Shown piece after piece: positions 39,401 to 53,003 of a DNA stretch of 64,000 nt. The stretch is from Eledone cirrhosa (lineage: Eukaryota). The notes beneath the pieces are model-generated. The model did not search any database. It had not been told where the DNA came from and worked only from the letters and a program-made list of their open reading frames with translations. A program made the position numbers and the translations under genes. Within the stretch, counting starts at the first letter, position 1. Each line of letters opens with the position of its first letter. Location: NCBI GenBank assembly GCA_964016885.1, contig OZ024743.1, positions 322,648,001 to 322,712,000 of the forward strand. The letters are read 5' to 3'.

Positions 39401-40049
39401 CTAGAAATATACAAATGAACAAACAAGTAAAAAAGAAAATAATAATGGTTTCTGATTTAGGCACAAGGCCAACATTTTTCGGGGGGGGGGGGGGGGGTTA
39501 TTAAACGCCCCCAGTGCATTACTGGTACTTTATTTTATCGACCATGTAAAAAACTCACAACATAAAGAAGGGGGGCAAATGCGCTAATGTTTCTGCCAAA
39601 TAATAATAAAAATAATAATGAAGTGTGAACTTACATTATGAAGAAGAGGTGGTTGAAATAAAGAGAAGAATCTATCACAGAGATAGTTTATTACCATTAT
39701 TATTGAATTGGCAGTATCGGTAGAGGGTCGGACGCCATACTTTGACGCATAGAGTTACGGCCCTTGCCATTCTGAGTTCAAATCCTGCCGAAGTTAACTT
39801 TGCCTTTCATCCTTACGGGGTCGATAGGATAAAGTACCAGTAATCTACTGGATAATTGCTGGCCTTGTGCCAAAAGTAGAAACAATTATTGTTTTGAGTG
39901 TACATGATACTTTTAACAAAGATTTTCTAAAAAGATCATGTATTGGGTATGGCTTGGGGAAGTATCTGCCTAAATTCTATTCTTCATGGATGACCTTAAG
40001 GTTTATGGAAAGAGCAAAGATTAAATAGATTTACTAGTAAACAACAACA

Positions 40050-41050
40050 AGCATTTTTATTTTACCCTATAATCTATCCCCCCAACAAATATTTGGCCCC
40101 TGCCACCATTTCATATTCCTTTAGAGCCCTGCTGACCACCTCCAAATCTGTGGTGTTTGCATATGCCAACCCTGCTCTCTTGCATTCCAATTCAAAAGGG
40201 ATGCCCCTCAATAGTTCTATCTTCCACAACAGTGGTTAGAGAACTAGCACATACAGAAGTGGTGAGAGAGGAGATCCCTCACAAACCAAGCACTCAATAT
40301 GAAACAGCTCTGTGAGGTGGCTGTTTACTTTTACACTGAGTAGGTGCTGCTGCTGTGTTTTGCTGTGATCCAGCTCCTGATAGTGGAACCAAAACTAGCC
40401 ACTCTATGAACAGTCATTAAGTAGCTATGGTCAACCCTTTCAAAGGTTTTTGATTGATCCATATTGATCAAAGCCACACCAAGCCAGGTTTACTCTATCC
40501 CCTCTTTATGATGTATCTCATGAGGTGGAGATTGTTGTGGAGAGATCTGTTCAGCATTATGTATGTCTATACTTCCCCGATCAAATTCTTGACAACAAGT
40601 GCCAACTGCTTTTCTAACAACTTAATCTTAAACTATGTGTTCAGCAAAGTTATAGGCCAGAAATTATCCATTACATCTCCTTTCTTCACGTCTTTCCTGA
40701 GTAGCACTGTCACTCCTTGATTCACAGAACTGGGGATTCTCCCATTCTGCTGCCAGTTGCAGTAGATGTCTGCCAAGATGTCACCAAACAAGTCTGACTT
40801 ATAATCGTAAAACTCATAGGGATGACCACCCAAACTGGGTTATTTATCTGCAACCTGCACAGCCACACATTGCCTCCTGTAACTTAGCTACTGTTGTCAC
40901 ACTATCACAGCATTTCACATCTCTCACTGAAAGTCAGGTAAACCGTTGAGGTAGGCAGTCTACCACTGTCTCTAACCCAACACTCATTTTGAACAGTTAA
41001 GCAAAATGCTACACTCATCAATCTAGAGTCAACCAGCTCTTGTCTATTCA
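40050..41050 (-). mobile_element. Degenerate Tx1/L1-like RT fragment in the last KATNAL2 intron
   Basis: GGHPYEFY...LFGDILADIYCNWQQNGRIPSSVNQGVTVLLRKD...NFWPITLLNT. Confidence 0.7.
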
Positions 41051-41728
41051 CGTCTGTGAAGCACCAAATTGTGGCTTTAGGGAAGGTGTATAAATTGATT
41101 CTACCCACCTTAGTACTTGAATGGTATTTTATTTTATTGACCCTAGATGGATGAAAAGCCTCATCAGCCTCAATGGGATTTAAACTCAGAATGTAATAGA
41201 ATGTTAGTAAATATCAGAAGTCTGTCATAATAATAATATAAATAGATGCAGGCATCACTGTGTGGTTAAGAAGATTGCTTTACAATCACATGGGTTTAGG
41301 TTCAATTCTACAGTGAAGACACTTTGACAAGAGTCTTCTACTATACCCTTGGATTTAATAACCCAATAATAGTAATACAACAACACACTATAGACAACAT
41401 TAACATAGACAATCCAACATTAACAACCAAACAGCACACTATAGACAATATCAACATAGACAACCTAACAACACCACCACAACATTAACAACACATCATA
41501 GACAACATCAACATAGACAACACCAACACAATACCAGCATAACATTAGCAACCAACACTAGCAATATATTAACAATACTGGATTAGCAACACATCAACAA
41601 CACTGCATTAAAAACATGACACAACACTAGCCAAAAAGCATGAACAATACAATACCAACAACAAAGTTTAAACTATAACTAAACAACAATAATGATACTG
41701 ATAAATATTAGAAACAATAGCCACTAAC

Positions 41729-41831
41729 CTGTCGTATTATTCTCTAAGAGGTCAAATATTTTCCTCATTGGTCTCATGGCAGCTTCCTTACAGACAAGTT
41801 TAATATCAGAACCAGAATATCCTTCAGTTTT
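41729..41831 (-). CDS. KATNAL2: KATNAL2 coding exon (AAA lid; not in the ORF track)
   Basis: Translated by hand: [34 protein letters not shown](D). 103 nt, ctctcag acceptor, gttagt donor, phase 0/1. Confidence 0.95.
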
Positions 41832-42729
41832 CTGAGAGAGTTAACAGGAAACATTTCATATATATATGTATATGTATATATATATATCACTAAAAATACT
41901 AGCAGGTTTTCTGCTAACATGTGTAGTGTGTATATTTATATTATATGCAGGTATATATACATGTAGATATGATACATCAAATAAAATCGTAATTGACAAT
42001 ATACACAGAAATTGAACGAAGACTGCGTTACATTGTCTTATGTAATCAGTAACGTAATCCATGATACATTAAAAAAAGGCGATATTATATATAAACTGCA
42101 TTAGGAGAAAATTAGTGACGGAAATATATGAATGTTTATTTAAGCGATCGCTATCCGGAAGTGTTGACATTTGAAAATTTTAAAGAAATGAATCTTTAAA
42201 TAAGCAATAAAATATATTTAATCAACAGCAACGGAATTTAGTAGATAAATTATGTAATATTCATTCATTATTTATTCAAAGTAAGGATGAAAGGCAAAGT
42301 TAATCCTTTTTCTATATCTATTAATAATAATATTCCTAAACTATTCTTTAGGGCCTTAGATAAATGCTTCCCTCCCTCACATATCTATAGTAAAATCTTT
42401 AACAAACATACAAAATTTTCTTATTCCACCACTTCCAACATCTCTAACATTATCTCTAAATACAACAATAAAATATTAAATAATAAATCACATCCTTCCA
42501 ACACTGAGCGTCATAATAATAGCAGTAGTATACCCGACGTCATTGTTAACGCTAGATTCTGTAAATTTTAAATACGTCAAACGTAACTTCATTGAATGTT
42601 CATAACACCAATCTAAATCAGGAAACTATTGTTCCTATCGTAAATAACTTCTCCAATCCAATTCCTTCTATAAATAATACTAGGTCACTTGTTAATAACT
42701 CTGTTAATTTCTCTAATCGTAATTGCCCT

Positions 42730-44613
42730 CATCATCATCATCATCACCGTTTTACGTCCGTTCTTCCACGCTAGCATGGGTTAGACGGGTTGTCCTGTTG
42801 TGGGCAGTGTCTGGTCGGCTGACCATGCCTTGCTCATACAGGAACTGATCTGGCTTGATTTCTACAGCTGGATGCCCTTCCTAACACCAACCTCATTTAC
42901 AGTGAGTGCTGGGTGCTTTTTCGTGGCGCCTACACGTCCACTTTACAGTGTGGGCTGGGTGCTTTTTTGCCGTGGCACCTCCACGACCACCTTGCGGTGG
43001 GGGGGGGGGGGGGGGGCATATTGTTTATATGCTTCAGCATGTACCCATGGGAGGTCGGGTACCCTGTATTACTGCGTGACGCCAGAAGTCACGGTCGTGT
43101 GTCATTGACTTTGAGAGGTGTAGTTGGGTAAGGTCGGCTTTTATCACCTCATCCCAAGTCATCTTGGGTCTCCCCACTCCGCGGTTTCCATCAACTTCTA
43201 GTGCTCTGCACCTTTTTATGCAGCTGTCATCCTTCATACGCATCACATGTCCATACCAGCGTAACCGCCTCTCCTGCACGCAGCATTTGATTCCTCTTAT
43301 GCTCAGTCTCTCTCTCAATTCATTTATGCTTTGTCGTTCACGTATATTACTGTTACACATCCATCGGAGCATGCAGGCTTCGTTTCTCTCTAATCTACGT
43401 AAGTCTTCCACCTTCAGCGCCCAGGTCTCACTACCATGCAACATCGCTGTTCGGATACACGCATCATACAGTCTGCCTTTCATTCTGAGGGAGAAGCCTT
43501 TTGCAGCTAGCAGTGGTAGTAGTTCCCTAAACTTCTTCCATCCCGTTCTTACCCTAGTTATTGTACTTTCTGAGCACCCACCTCCGTTGCTAATTCGGTC
43601 ACCTAGGTAGCAGAAGCTGTCTACTGTTTCTACAGGGCCCTCCCAGAGATTGGTGGTACTTGTTTCCTGTGGCTGTTTGCTTGCTGTTTCAGCACAGCTG
43701 CTGCATGTGAATCCTACATTCTTAATTAAGCTTCCTGAGATCCCGCTACATCTCTTGTGTACCCATTGTTTGCATTTGGGGCAAAGAATGGAGTTCCTAC
43801 CTACACCTTTCCTACATACTGAGCAAGGCCATTTCCCTGAGGGGATCTGGGTTCTGTTTTCTCGTCTACTTATAAGGACCTTAGTCTTTGTCATGTTGAC
43901 TTTGAGGCCCTTTCTCTCTAGTCCCTGCTTCCAGGTTTGGAATTTATTCTCTAGTTCTACCATAGATTCAGCTATGAGTGCGAGGTCATCAGCATACAGG
44001 AGTTCCCATGGGCATCCGGTCTTAAACTCCTCCGTTATTGCCTGCAGGACTATGATGAACAGGAGAGGGCTAAGAACAGAGCCCTGGTGGACCCCAACCT
44101 GTACGCTAAATTCCTCGCTATACTCATTGCCAATCCTAACTTTGCTGACTGCTCCCCTATACATGGCTTGTACCGCTTTCACAAGCCATTCATCTACTCC
44201 TAGTTTTCTAAGAGCCCACCAGATTACTGCACGTGGAACTCTGTCAAAGGCTTTCTCAAGGTCGACAAATGCCAAGTAGAGTGGCTTACTTTTAGCTAGG
44301 TACTTTTCCTGTAATTGCCTCACAAGGAAGAGCGCATCAGTGGTGCCTTTCCCTGGAACAAACCCAAATTGCATCTCGTCTATATTCACCCGGTCCCTAA
44401 TCAGCTGTGCTATAACTCTTTCTGTTACTTTCATGACCTGGTCCATCAACTTTATACCTCTATAGTTTCCTCTATCTAGTGCATCGCCTTTACCTTTGTA
44501 GCAGTTGACAATGATGCTACTGCACCAATCTTTTGGTATGGCCCCCTCTAGTATTACCTGGTTAACGATACGTGTGGTTATAGTGTGACCTACAGACCCA
44601 GATGCCTTCAGCA
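42730..44613 (-). mobile_element. 5'-truncated RTE-clade LINE with open 526-aa RT remnant
   Basis: ORF 43034-44614 with NYRGIKL, QFGF, FVDLEKAFDRV, GVHQGSVLSPLLF and LYADDL; (GAT)n tail; TGCCCT target-site duplication at 42724-42729 and 44614-44619. Confidence 0.92.
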
Positions 44614-45910
44614 TGCCCTATTAAAACTAAATGTCCTCTTAATAACCATTGTCTTGATAAAAACTTAGTCTATAAATGTAAGGTAAGATACTAATTCTTT
44701 TACCTATTTTGGTTCCACTTCCACCTCCTTCAAAGCTAGATTAACATAAAATTAACATAATTTATATTCTCATTGTTTTTATGGTAAGGGCAATATAGGC
44801 CAGTGTCAAGATTAAGGGATATATCCAAGAAGTTAGCTAGTTTGACGTTGTTATCAAATTCAATTTTAAGGTTATGGTGCTTAAAGAGATCACATATATT
44901 GTTCTTAATAATATTAAGGTTAACTAAGTTGTAGTTTAAGATAGTAAAAACTCTCGGAACTCATATGGTCATTGAAAGACAAAAATATTAACTATAACAT
45001 CTCTTGGAGGAAGGTTTGTTCCGCCTTTCCTTACCTGAATTCTTCCCTATCCAGAACATGTAATCTCTGCCTAGCCGAGAAATTTACCATTATATCTAAT
45101 TTCAATTCTATAATAAATAGACGCACAGATTTATTTTCTCTCTGCTTGCATAAATTCCATATAACATTCCATAAAGTATACAGCTAATATCTCAATACCT
45201 TACTAGTTTAAAATCCTTTTTCTCAAAGGCTTATATATCTTTTACAAATATACCCATCTTTCTACCTTATTTCAGTATTATATATTATATAATACAATTT
45301 ACTCATTCTATGTCATTCCTCTTTATCATTTTCCTTTCCTTTTTTCTTTTTAATTTCTAACCTCTAATCTGTACTTTTTCTTCCCAACTACTTCTCAATT
45401 CATATTATTACTCACCACAACATTATCCATTCTTCCATTTTCCTCATATCATTGGCCAAAAAAATTATTTTTTTAATACATTATAATATTACCATTAGAA
45501 GTCCTTCGTAAACATATAAACTTTTGACATTAGATTTTTTTCTTCCTTAAATTTTTCTTATCTCTTCTATCTTTTCATTGTCATTTTAAACCAACTACTT
45601 AATTTGACTTTTACATATTACAATACATAAAAACAAACTTAAACCCTAACTAATTCCTTTAATATATTATATTATTACCATTAGAAAATATTTCGTAAAC
45701 ATATATACTTTTTGATGTTAGATATTTTCTTCCTTAAACATTCTTTTTTCTTCTTTCCTTCCGCGCTCATTTTAAACATACTATTTACGTACACATATTA
45801 CATTACATAAAAACAAACTTAAACCCTAACTAATTCCTCTAAATTCATAACTAATTTATTCTTCTCCTTCTTTTCCCATTATATCCTTAATATCATTAAT
45901 ATTTATTTAG

Positions 45911-48900
45911 GATGGATGGACTACGGAATTCTGAAGAGTTGAAAAGAAAAATCTGGACGCTCAGTGACAATGCCAAAGATAAAGACAAATTCACCTCATG
46001 GACGAGAATGCAAGGACTCCTCCTCTTTGTTTCGGCCGCGGATGGCTAACATAACCCCATCTCCCCCACCCACCCCCGCGCCCCACCGCTCCCACCCTCC
46101 AAACGCAATCCAAAACTTCAGAGTTGGTACCATGAATGTAGGCACCTTAAAGGGTCGCTCTAACGAGGTTGTAGAAATGCTTGAACGTAAGGAGTTCGAT
46201 GTGTGTTGTATTCAAGAGACCAGGTGGAGGAGTGGGTCTGCTAAATTCATCATGGGTAAAGAACGATGCTATAAGCTTTTCTGGGTGGGAAATGACAATG
46301 GGCTGGGTGGAGTAGGAATCATGGTAGCAGAAAAGTGGGCAGATAAGATAATAGACGTAAATAGAGTGAACGACAGAATAATTAAAATAAGACTTGTCCT
46401 CAATAGAACTACGGTGACAGTAATATCTGCGTACGCACCCCAATCCGGACTGCCCGGCACTATAAAAGACAGATTCTATGAGACACTGATGCTCACTACC
46501 TCCCAAATAACCGACAGTGACTATATAATTATTGCTGGCGACCTAAATGGTCACGTTGGACAACATTGTGACGGCTATGACGGAATCCATGGAGGCTATG
46601 GGTTTGGTACTAGAAATGAGGAAGACTCCAGAATCCTGGAATTCTGTGACGCAAATAACCTAACTATCTGTAACACTAACTTCAAAAAACGAGACAATCA
46701 CTTGATCACCTATAGATCGGGGGAACACACAAACCAGGTAGATTATATCCTTACCAGGAGACGTGACAGAGTGTCTGTTGTAAACACTAAATCCGTCCCC
46801 CATGAAGAATGCACGTCTCAACATAGACTCATAATTAGCGACCTCATAGTCAGGACGAGACGTATTCGACAACAGAAGAGGACTATCCTCAGGAGAAAAA
46901 TATGGAAATTAAAGGACCCCACAGCCAGTCATGAATTTAAAAGCATATTACTTAATGCTTTTGATAGTAAGGAAGAGCAATTAGAGTCGTACACTATAGA
47001 GGAACAGTGGGATTTCCTGAAAGCTAACCTGCTGAAGGCGACAGATGAAACCTGTGGCTGAAGCAGTCCTATAGGCAGGAGGAGGGTAACTTGGTGGTGG
47101 AACAGTAAGGTGGAGAGGTCAATCAAGGCCAAAAAGCAGGCTTGGAAAGCATGGCGGGATGGGGGAAGTAGAGAAGACTATCAAGTGGCCAGGAGGGAAG
47201 CTAGGAGACAAGTGTAATTCGCAAGAAGGGAAGCAGAGGAAAGAAAGTTCAAGCATGTTCTACAACGCGAGGACCAAAAACGTGAGGTGTTCAGGATTGC
47301 TAGGCAATGTGTCAAGGAAAACCGTGATATTGTTGGGGAGAAGTGTGTACTAAATGATGATGGCGTACTCGCCATCACTGACGCTGATAAGAAGGTAGCT
47401 TGGAAGCGTCACTACGAAAGGCTACTAAATGAGAATAATTGGGAGAAAGACAGTCTCCCCCACATTGACCCAATAGAGGGACCAGCAGTGCTAGTTGATG
47501 GTAGTATAATAAGTAAGGCGATCAAAGACATGAAGACGGGCAAGGCGGCTGGGCCTTCGGAAATAGTTGCCAAAATGCTGAAAGCATCTGGAACGGTGGG
47601 ACACACTATGGTCACCCGGAGAGTAAACCAAGTCATACAGAATGGGGTCGTTCCGAAGGACTAGCGCAGCAGCATCATCATTAACTGCTACAAGGGTAAA
47701 GGTGATGCCCTAGATAGGGGAAACTATAGAGGCATTAAATTAATTGACCAGGTCATGAAGGTCACAGAAAAAGTAATAGCGCAACTAATCAGAGAGCGAA
47801 TTGATCTAGACGAAATGCAGTTCGGGTTTGTGTCAGGAAAAAGTACAACAGACGCTCTTTTCATTGTACGACAACTACAGGAGAAGTACCTAGCTAAAAG
47901 TAAACCCCTATACTTAGCTTTTGTTGACTTGGAGAAAGCCTTTGACAGAGTACCCCGCTCGATTAACTAGTGGGCCCTTAGAAAACTAGGTGTTGATGAA
48001 TGGCTTGTGAGAGCTATACAAGCCATGTATAAAGAAACAGTCAGCAAGGTTAGAATTAACAACGAATATAGTGAAGAGTTTAGCGTAAAAGTTGGTGTTC
48101 ATCAGGGCTCCGTCCTTAGCCCCCTACTATTTATTATTACCCTTCAGGCTATATGCAGATGATCTAACGCTCATAGCTGAATCAATGGCTGAACTAGAGA
48201 AGAAATTCGAAACATGGAAGCATGGCCTAGAATCAAAAGGCCTTAAAGTTAACTTGTCTAAGACTAAAATTCTAGTTTGTAAGAAGGAAAATAGGGCACC
48301 GGTCCCATCTGGGAAATGGCTATGCTCAGTATGTAGGAAAGGAGTAGGTAGAAACTCCATTTTATGTCCCAAATGCAAAGTATGGGTACATAAAAGATGT
48401 AGTGGGATCACAGGTAAGCTAACTAAGAATATAGATTTTATATGTGGCCGGTGCTCTGGTGCAATAAGTAGCAGCAAGTGCCCACAGAATACTAACCCAT
48501 TCCATTGCACAGATGGTTCTATAGAAATAGTGGACAGCTTCCATTACCTGGGTGATAAAATCAGCAGTGGGGGAGGGTGCTCTGAAAGTACAGTAGCTAG
48601 AGTCAGAACGGGATGGAAAAAGTTCAGAAAGCTTATACTATTGGCCGCTAAAGGTTTCTCTCTAAAAATGAAAGGCAGGCTGTATGATGCCTGCATACGA
48701 ACAGCAATGTTACATGGCAGTGAGACCTGGGCATTGTGTGCAGAGGATATACGCAGACTGGAGAGAAACGAAGCTTGCATGATCTGCTGGATGTGTAATA
48801 GTAATATACATGAACACGAACTAAGGGAGAAATTAGAAATAAGAGGGATCAGATGTTCTTTACTCGAGAGAAGACTACGTTGGTATGGTCACGTGATGTG

Positions 48901-49487
48901 CATGAAAGACAACAGCTGTATAAAAAAGTGCAGGGCAATAAAAATAGACGGTAGCCACGGAGTAGGCAGACCCAGAAAAACCTGTGTCGACTTGATAAAT
49001 TCCGACCTCACACACTTACACCTCTCCAAGACAATGTCACTGGACCGAGATCTTTGGCGCTACACAGTAATAGAGAAGACCCGCATTACCTAAGTACAAA
49101 GTGAAACCTACTACAGTCAGTAGGCACCTCTAACAAAATACACCACCGTCCCACTACCCCCACCTCATTCACACCACCCCTTTCAATGTAAAGTTATGTT
49201 GGTACCACAACATCCAGCCCGAAACAAATGAGGTCGTGTAGGTGTCACGACAAAAAAACACACAGTCCACGCTATAATGTGGCCCTGTAGGTAACACAGT
49301 AAAAACCTCCCAGTTCCTCACTGTAAATGTGGTTGGTGTTAGGAAGGGCATCCAGCCGTAGAAAACCTGCCAGACAGTCCTATGCGAGCAAGACAACCAC
49401 TCTTGCCTCAAGTGGGAAAACTCCCGTCCAAACCCATGCAAGCGTGGAATATGGACGTTAAACGATGATGATGATGATGATGATGAT
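45911..49487 (+). mobile_element. Near full-length RTE-clade LINE (APE + RT), pseudogenised
   Basis: APE motifs GTMNVGTL, CIQETRW, SAYAPQ, GDLNGHVG, DYIL and SQHRL. RT is broken by stops at 47059, 47215 and 47662 and a deletion near 48140. (GAT)n tail. Confidence 0.92.
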
Positions 49488-49916
49488 TTTAATTTTAATA
49501 ATACATATTAATAAATTCTTTTCTTCGCACAAATTATTAAACCCTTCAATATACAAACCTTAATCTAATACTATTCTTAATTCCTTTTTTCTTCATGCAT
49601 AAACCTCATTAACTTTTAATTTCAAAATCTTTTAAATTATCTATTATCTTCCAACGGCTTTTTAATTTCTCTGTGAGACAATATTTTTTCTCAGTTGTAA
49701 AGGCTATCTCTCTCTCTCTATCACCCATCTCTCCTCCTCTCTCATTCTTCCTTCTTATACTCCTCCCCCACCATCCTTTACTCTTATTTCTTTCTCTTTT
49801 CGAAAACCTCCCCTCACTTTTTCCAAATCTCATACATCATCTTAATTTATTTTTCATATGTTGATTTAAAACTTCACTATTCACAAGTGTTTTTTAAGCT
49901 TCATATCATGTCTCCC

Positions 49917-49997
49917 TATTTTATCTGATGAGAACGCAGATATCATCCCATGATGATATTTGTTTTTGAAATGCGCATAATAAAATACTTGGAACTC
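49917..49997 (+). ncRNA. Type I hammerhead ribozyme motif in PLE terminal repeat
   Basis: TATTTTAT-CTGATGA-[GAACGCAGATATCATC-CCAT-GATGATATTTGTTTTT]-GAAA-TGCGCA-TA-ATAAAATA. Perfect 8-bp stem I and palindromic stem III. Confidence 0.75.
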
Positions 49998-50108
49998 TTT
50001 TAACCATCTTTTGATCTTATATTATTTATACTCCAGTCCTACAAACTGTTGAGTCCTACTTATCCGATATTTGCATTGCTTTATTCTGCTACAATAAAAC
50101 TCACCTCC

Positions 50109-50162
<54 letters not shown>

Positions 50163-50483
50163 ACACCACCACTAGCTCTCTTCCATTCTCCTTCTTTGTC
50201 TCCTCTCCTTCTCTCTATGTCTCTCTTTCAATCTACTCTGTCACCACCACTATCTCTTCCTCTCTATCTTTCTCTCTTTTTGTTTATGAAGGTACCCAGA
50301 AAAACCCCATATCTCGGGAACCTGTGGTCCGATTTACGCGAAACTTGTTTTATTCCATTTGTATTCCCATTTCAGAGTCAACTTCCTTTCAAAGTATTTC
50401 CCTATTATACACCCTTTTGGCTGTATTACATTACAGACAAGCAAGCAATCACAGACTTTTAGTATTATATAGATAGATAGTAT

Positions 50484-52020
50484 TATCATCATCATCATCA
50501 TCATCATCATCATTTTACGTCCGCTTTTCCCTGATTATAAGAGTGGGACGGGTCCTCTTCAGCACAGCATCTCTCCATTCATCATGGTCCTTTGTTATCT
50601 CCTCTGTAAGCTTCAGTGATCTGAGGTCAGCTCTCACCATCTCTGCCCATGTTTTTCATGGTCTTCCTCTACTGTGTCCTCCTTCCACCGGGATTTCTTG
50701 GCACTTCTTCACCCAGCAGTCATCTTCCATGCGCATCACATGGCCATACCAATGCTGTCTTCTCTCCCACACACTACAGTTTATCCCTCTTATACACAGT
50801 TTCCCTCTCAACTCGTCCATGCTTGGTCGTTCACACACGTTGACATTGCACATCCATCGGAGCATACTTACTTCATTTCTCTCCACCCTTCGCATATCCT
50901 CCACAGTTGCTGCCCATGTCTCACTACCATGCAGCATTGCGCATCTCACACAGGCATCATACAACCGACCTTTCGTTCGTAGGGAGAACCCTTTATTGTC
51001 AACAGAAGAAGCAGCTCCCTAAACTTCTTCCATCCTATCCTTATTCTAGATACTATGGCCTCGGAGCATCCTCCTCCCGTGCTAATCTGATCACCTGGAT
51101 ATCGGAAGCTATCAACCACCTCTATAGATCCTACCTGCATTTGAAAAATGTGCCTATCACTGACACTTTTACTATGAATTTTCCCTAAACATCTACTACA
51201 TATGAACTTTTCCTTTCATGTTAGTTTGCCTGCTATCCTACTACACCTCTTGTGTACCAAAGATCTGCATTGTGTACATTCTATAGAGTTTATGCCAACC
51301 CCTTTTCTACATATCGAGCAAGGCCATTTCCCTGATGGAATCGGAGTATTGTCCTCTTTCCTACTTATCAACACATTATTCTTTGCTAGGTTCACTCTCA
51401 ATCCCCTTGATTCCAACTGCTGTTTCCACAGCCAGAATTTATTCTCTAGATCCTCTACTGATTCTGCTATAAGTACCAGATCAGCATAGAGAAGTTCCCA
51501 TAGGCAGCCAGTCTTAAACTCCTCTGTTATAGCTTGGAGGACTACAATGAATAAGAGTGGACTGAGGACGAAACCCTGATGAACTCCTACTTGTATCTGG
51601 AATTCCTCACTAAACCCCATTCCTACTCTCACTTTACTAGCAACTCCTCTGCACATAGCTTGCACTGTCTTCACAAGCTATTCCTCTACACCTAGTTTCC
51701 TTAGGGACCACCAAATGACAAATCATGGTACTCTATCAAAAACCTTCTCTAGGTCAACAAAAGCTAAATATAGTGGCTTATTCTTCTCTAAGAACCTCTC
51801 TTGTAGTTGCCTCACTAAGAAGAGGGCATCTGTTGTACTTTTCCCAGGCACAAAACCAAACTGCATCTCATCAAATTTGACTCTTTCTATAATTAATTGT
51901 GCTAGCACTCTTTCTGTCACTTTCAAAACTTGATCCATCAGTTTTATGCCTCTATAATTGCTCCTCTCCAGAGCATCCCCTTTACCTTTGTAACAATTAA
52001 CAAGACTACTGATGATACTC
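50484..52020 (-). mobile_element. Degenerate 5'-truncated RTE-clade LINE
   Basis: Frameshifted RT pieces (NYRGIKLMDQV, FVDLEKVFDRVP, GVHQGFVLSPLLF, MLHGSETW); (GAT)n tail at 50484-50513. Confidence 0.88.
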
Positions 52021-52499
52021 AATATATATATCATTATATAGTCATCTATTTACCATCCATTTTTCCATGCTAGCATGGGTTAGACAAGTTATCTCATTGT
52101 GAGTCAAGTCAGATCAGGTGTGTCTTGCTCATACAGAACTGTTTCTAGCTTAGTATCTACAGCTAGAAGCCTTTTCCAATGCTAACCACATATAATGATG
52201 CTGGTACCTCAATAAAAAAAAACCAATCCACCCTATTAGGTGATTGTTCTAGTGTTATGATAAAAAAATATGAGTCAACCCTGTAAAGTGGTAGTGCCAC
52301 AAAAAAAACCTCCCAGTACAGGCTATAATGTGGTTAGTGTTAAGGAGGGCATTCAACCATAGAAACCAAACCCCAAACAAATTTTTACCTAACCTGTCCT
52401 GGCTAACACCATAATATGACAAGCCATCAAACACATGCAAGAATGGAAAATAGGTTTAAAAAGGTTTTGATGATGATAATCATATATATATATATATAT

Positions 52500-52715
52500 A
52501 AACCAAGAGGTGGTGATGTGAATAGACCTGTTTTTTTCTCACTGTTTTTCTCACTGTTTCTGCTACTACCCACTCTCCTCTATCTTTCTATTTCTTCTTT
52601 AATTTTTCATTCTATTTTCTGATGAAGAACTAGTATCCGAAACGTTAAGACTCTTTTCCTACTATATCAAGCAATATTTCTTCACTGTACTGCTTTGTTA
52701 TTTCTGTTTGCCTTT

Positions 52716-52718
<3 letters not shown>
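52500..52718 (+). mobile_element. Short PLE terminal-repeat remnant between TA tracts
   Basis: Degenerate hammerhead core CTGATGA...CCGAAACGTT at ~52618-52646. Confidence 0.45.
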
Positions 52719-52779
<61 letters not shown>

Positions 52780-52834
52780 AATGCACAAATAATTATTAGC
52801 TAAAGCAAGAAAAAAAGAAACATCTCCCTGTTAC

Positions 52835-53003
52835 CTGTGCCAATATATCATAGTCTAAATCTGTACAAAGTTTAGGTCCTCCTTTTTCTGAAATGACAAC
52901 TTTTGGCAGAAACAGGTTAAACATTGCCTTACGGGCCTCTTCCATTGGTAAACCAACAAGGATACGTTTCTCTAAACGCCGTAACATAGCATTGTCCAGC
53001 TCC
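52835..53003 (-). CDS. KATNAL2: KATNAL2 coding exon (second region of homology / arginine finger)
   Basis: ELDNAMLRRLEKRILVGLPMEEARKAMFNLFLPKVVISEKGGPKLCTDLDYDILAQ. 169 nt, AG/GT, phase 2/0. Confidence 0.95.

Larger units (their letters stand above)
42300..50110 (+). mobile_element. Old 5'-truncated Naiad-type PLE split by two RTE insertions
   Basis: Pieces: 42300-42729 (NPFS...LDKCFPPSHIYSKIFN..KFSYSTT); 44620-44745 (KCPLNNHCLDKNLVYKCKV..YFGSTSTSFKAR); 44955-45187 (ELIWSLKDKNINYNISW..CNLCLAEK..CLH); 3' UTR; hammerhead; then (TA)n. Confidence 0.82.

Noticed and set aside
41380-41700. CAA-rich Thr/Asn-like stretch
   Set aside because: Degenerate low-complexity intronic repeat containing stops; no splice or ORF support.
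41888-42300. Possible inverted terminal repeat in front of the intronic PLE (contains AGCGATCGCT palindrome and an ATG)
   Set aside because: It does not match that element's 3' terminal region at 49900-50110 and has no CTGANGA core.
45642-45832. Telomere-like AACCCTAAC motifs
   Set aside because: Only single units within a ~180-bp UTR duplication; no TTAGGG array.
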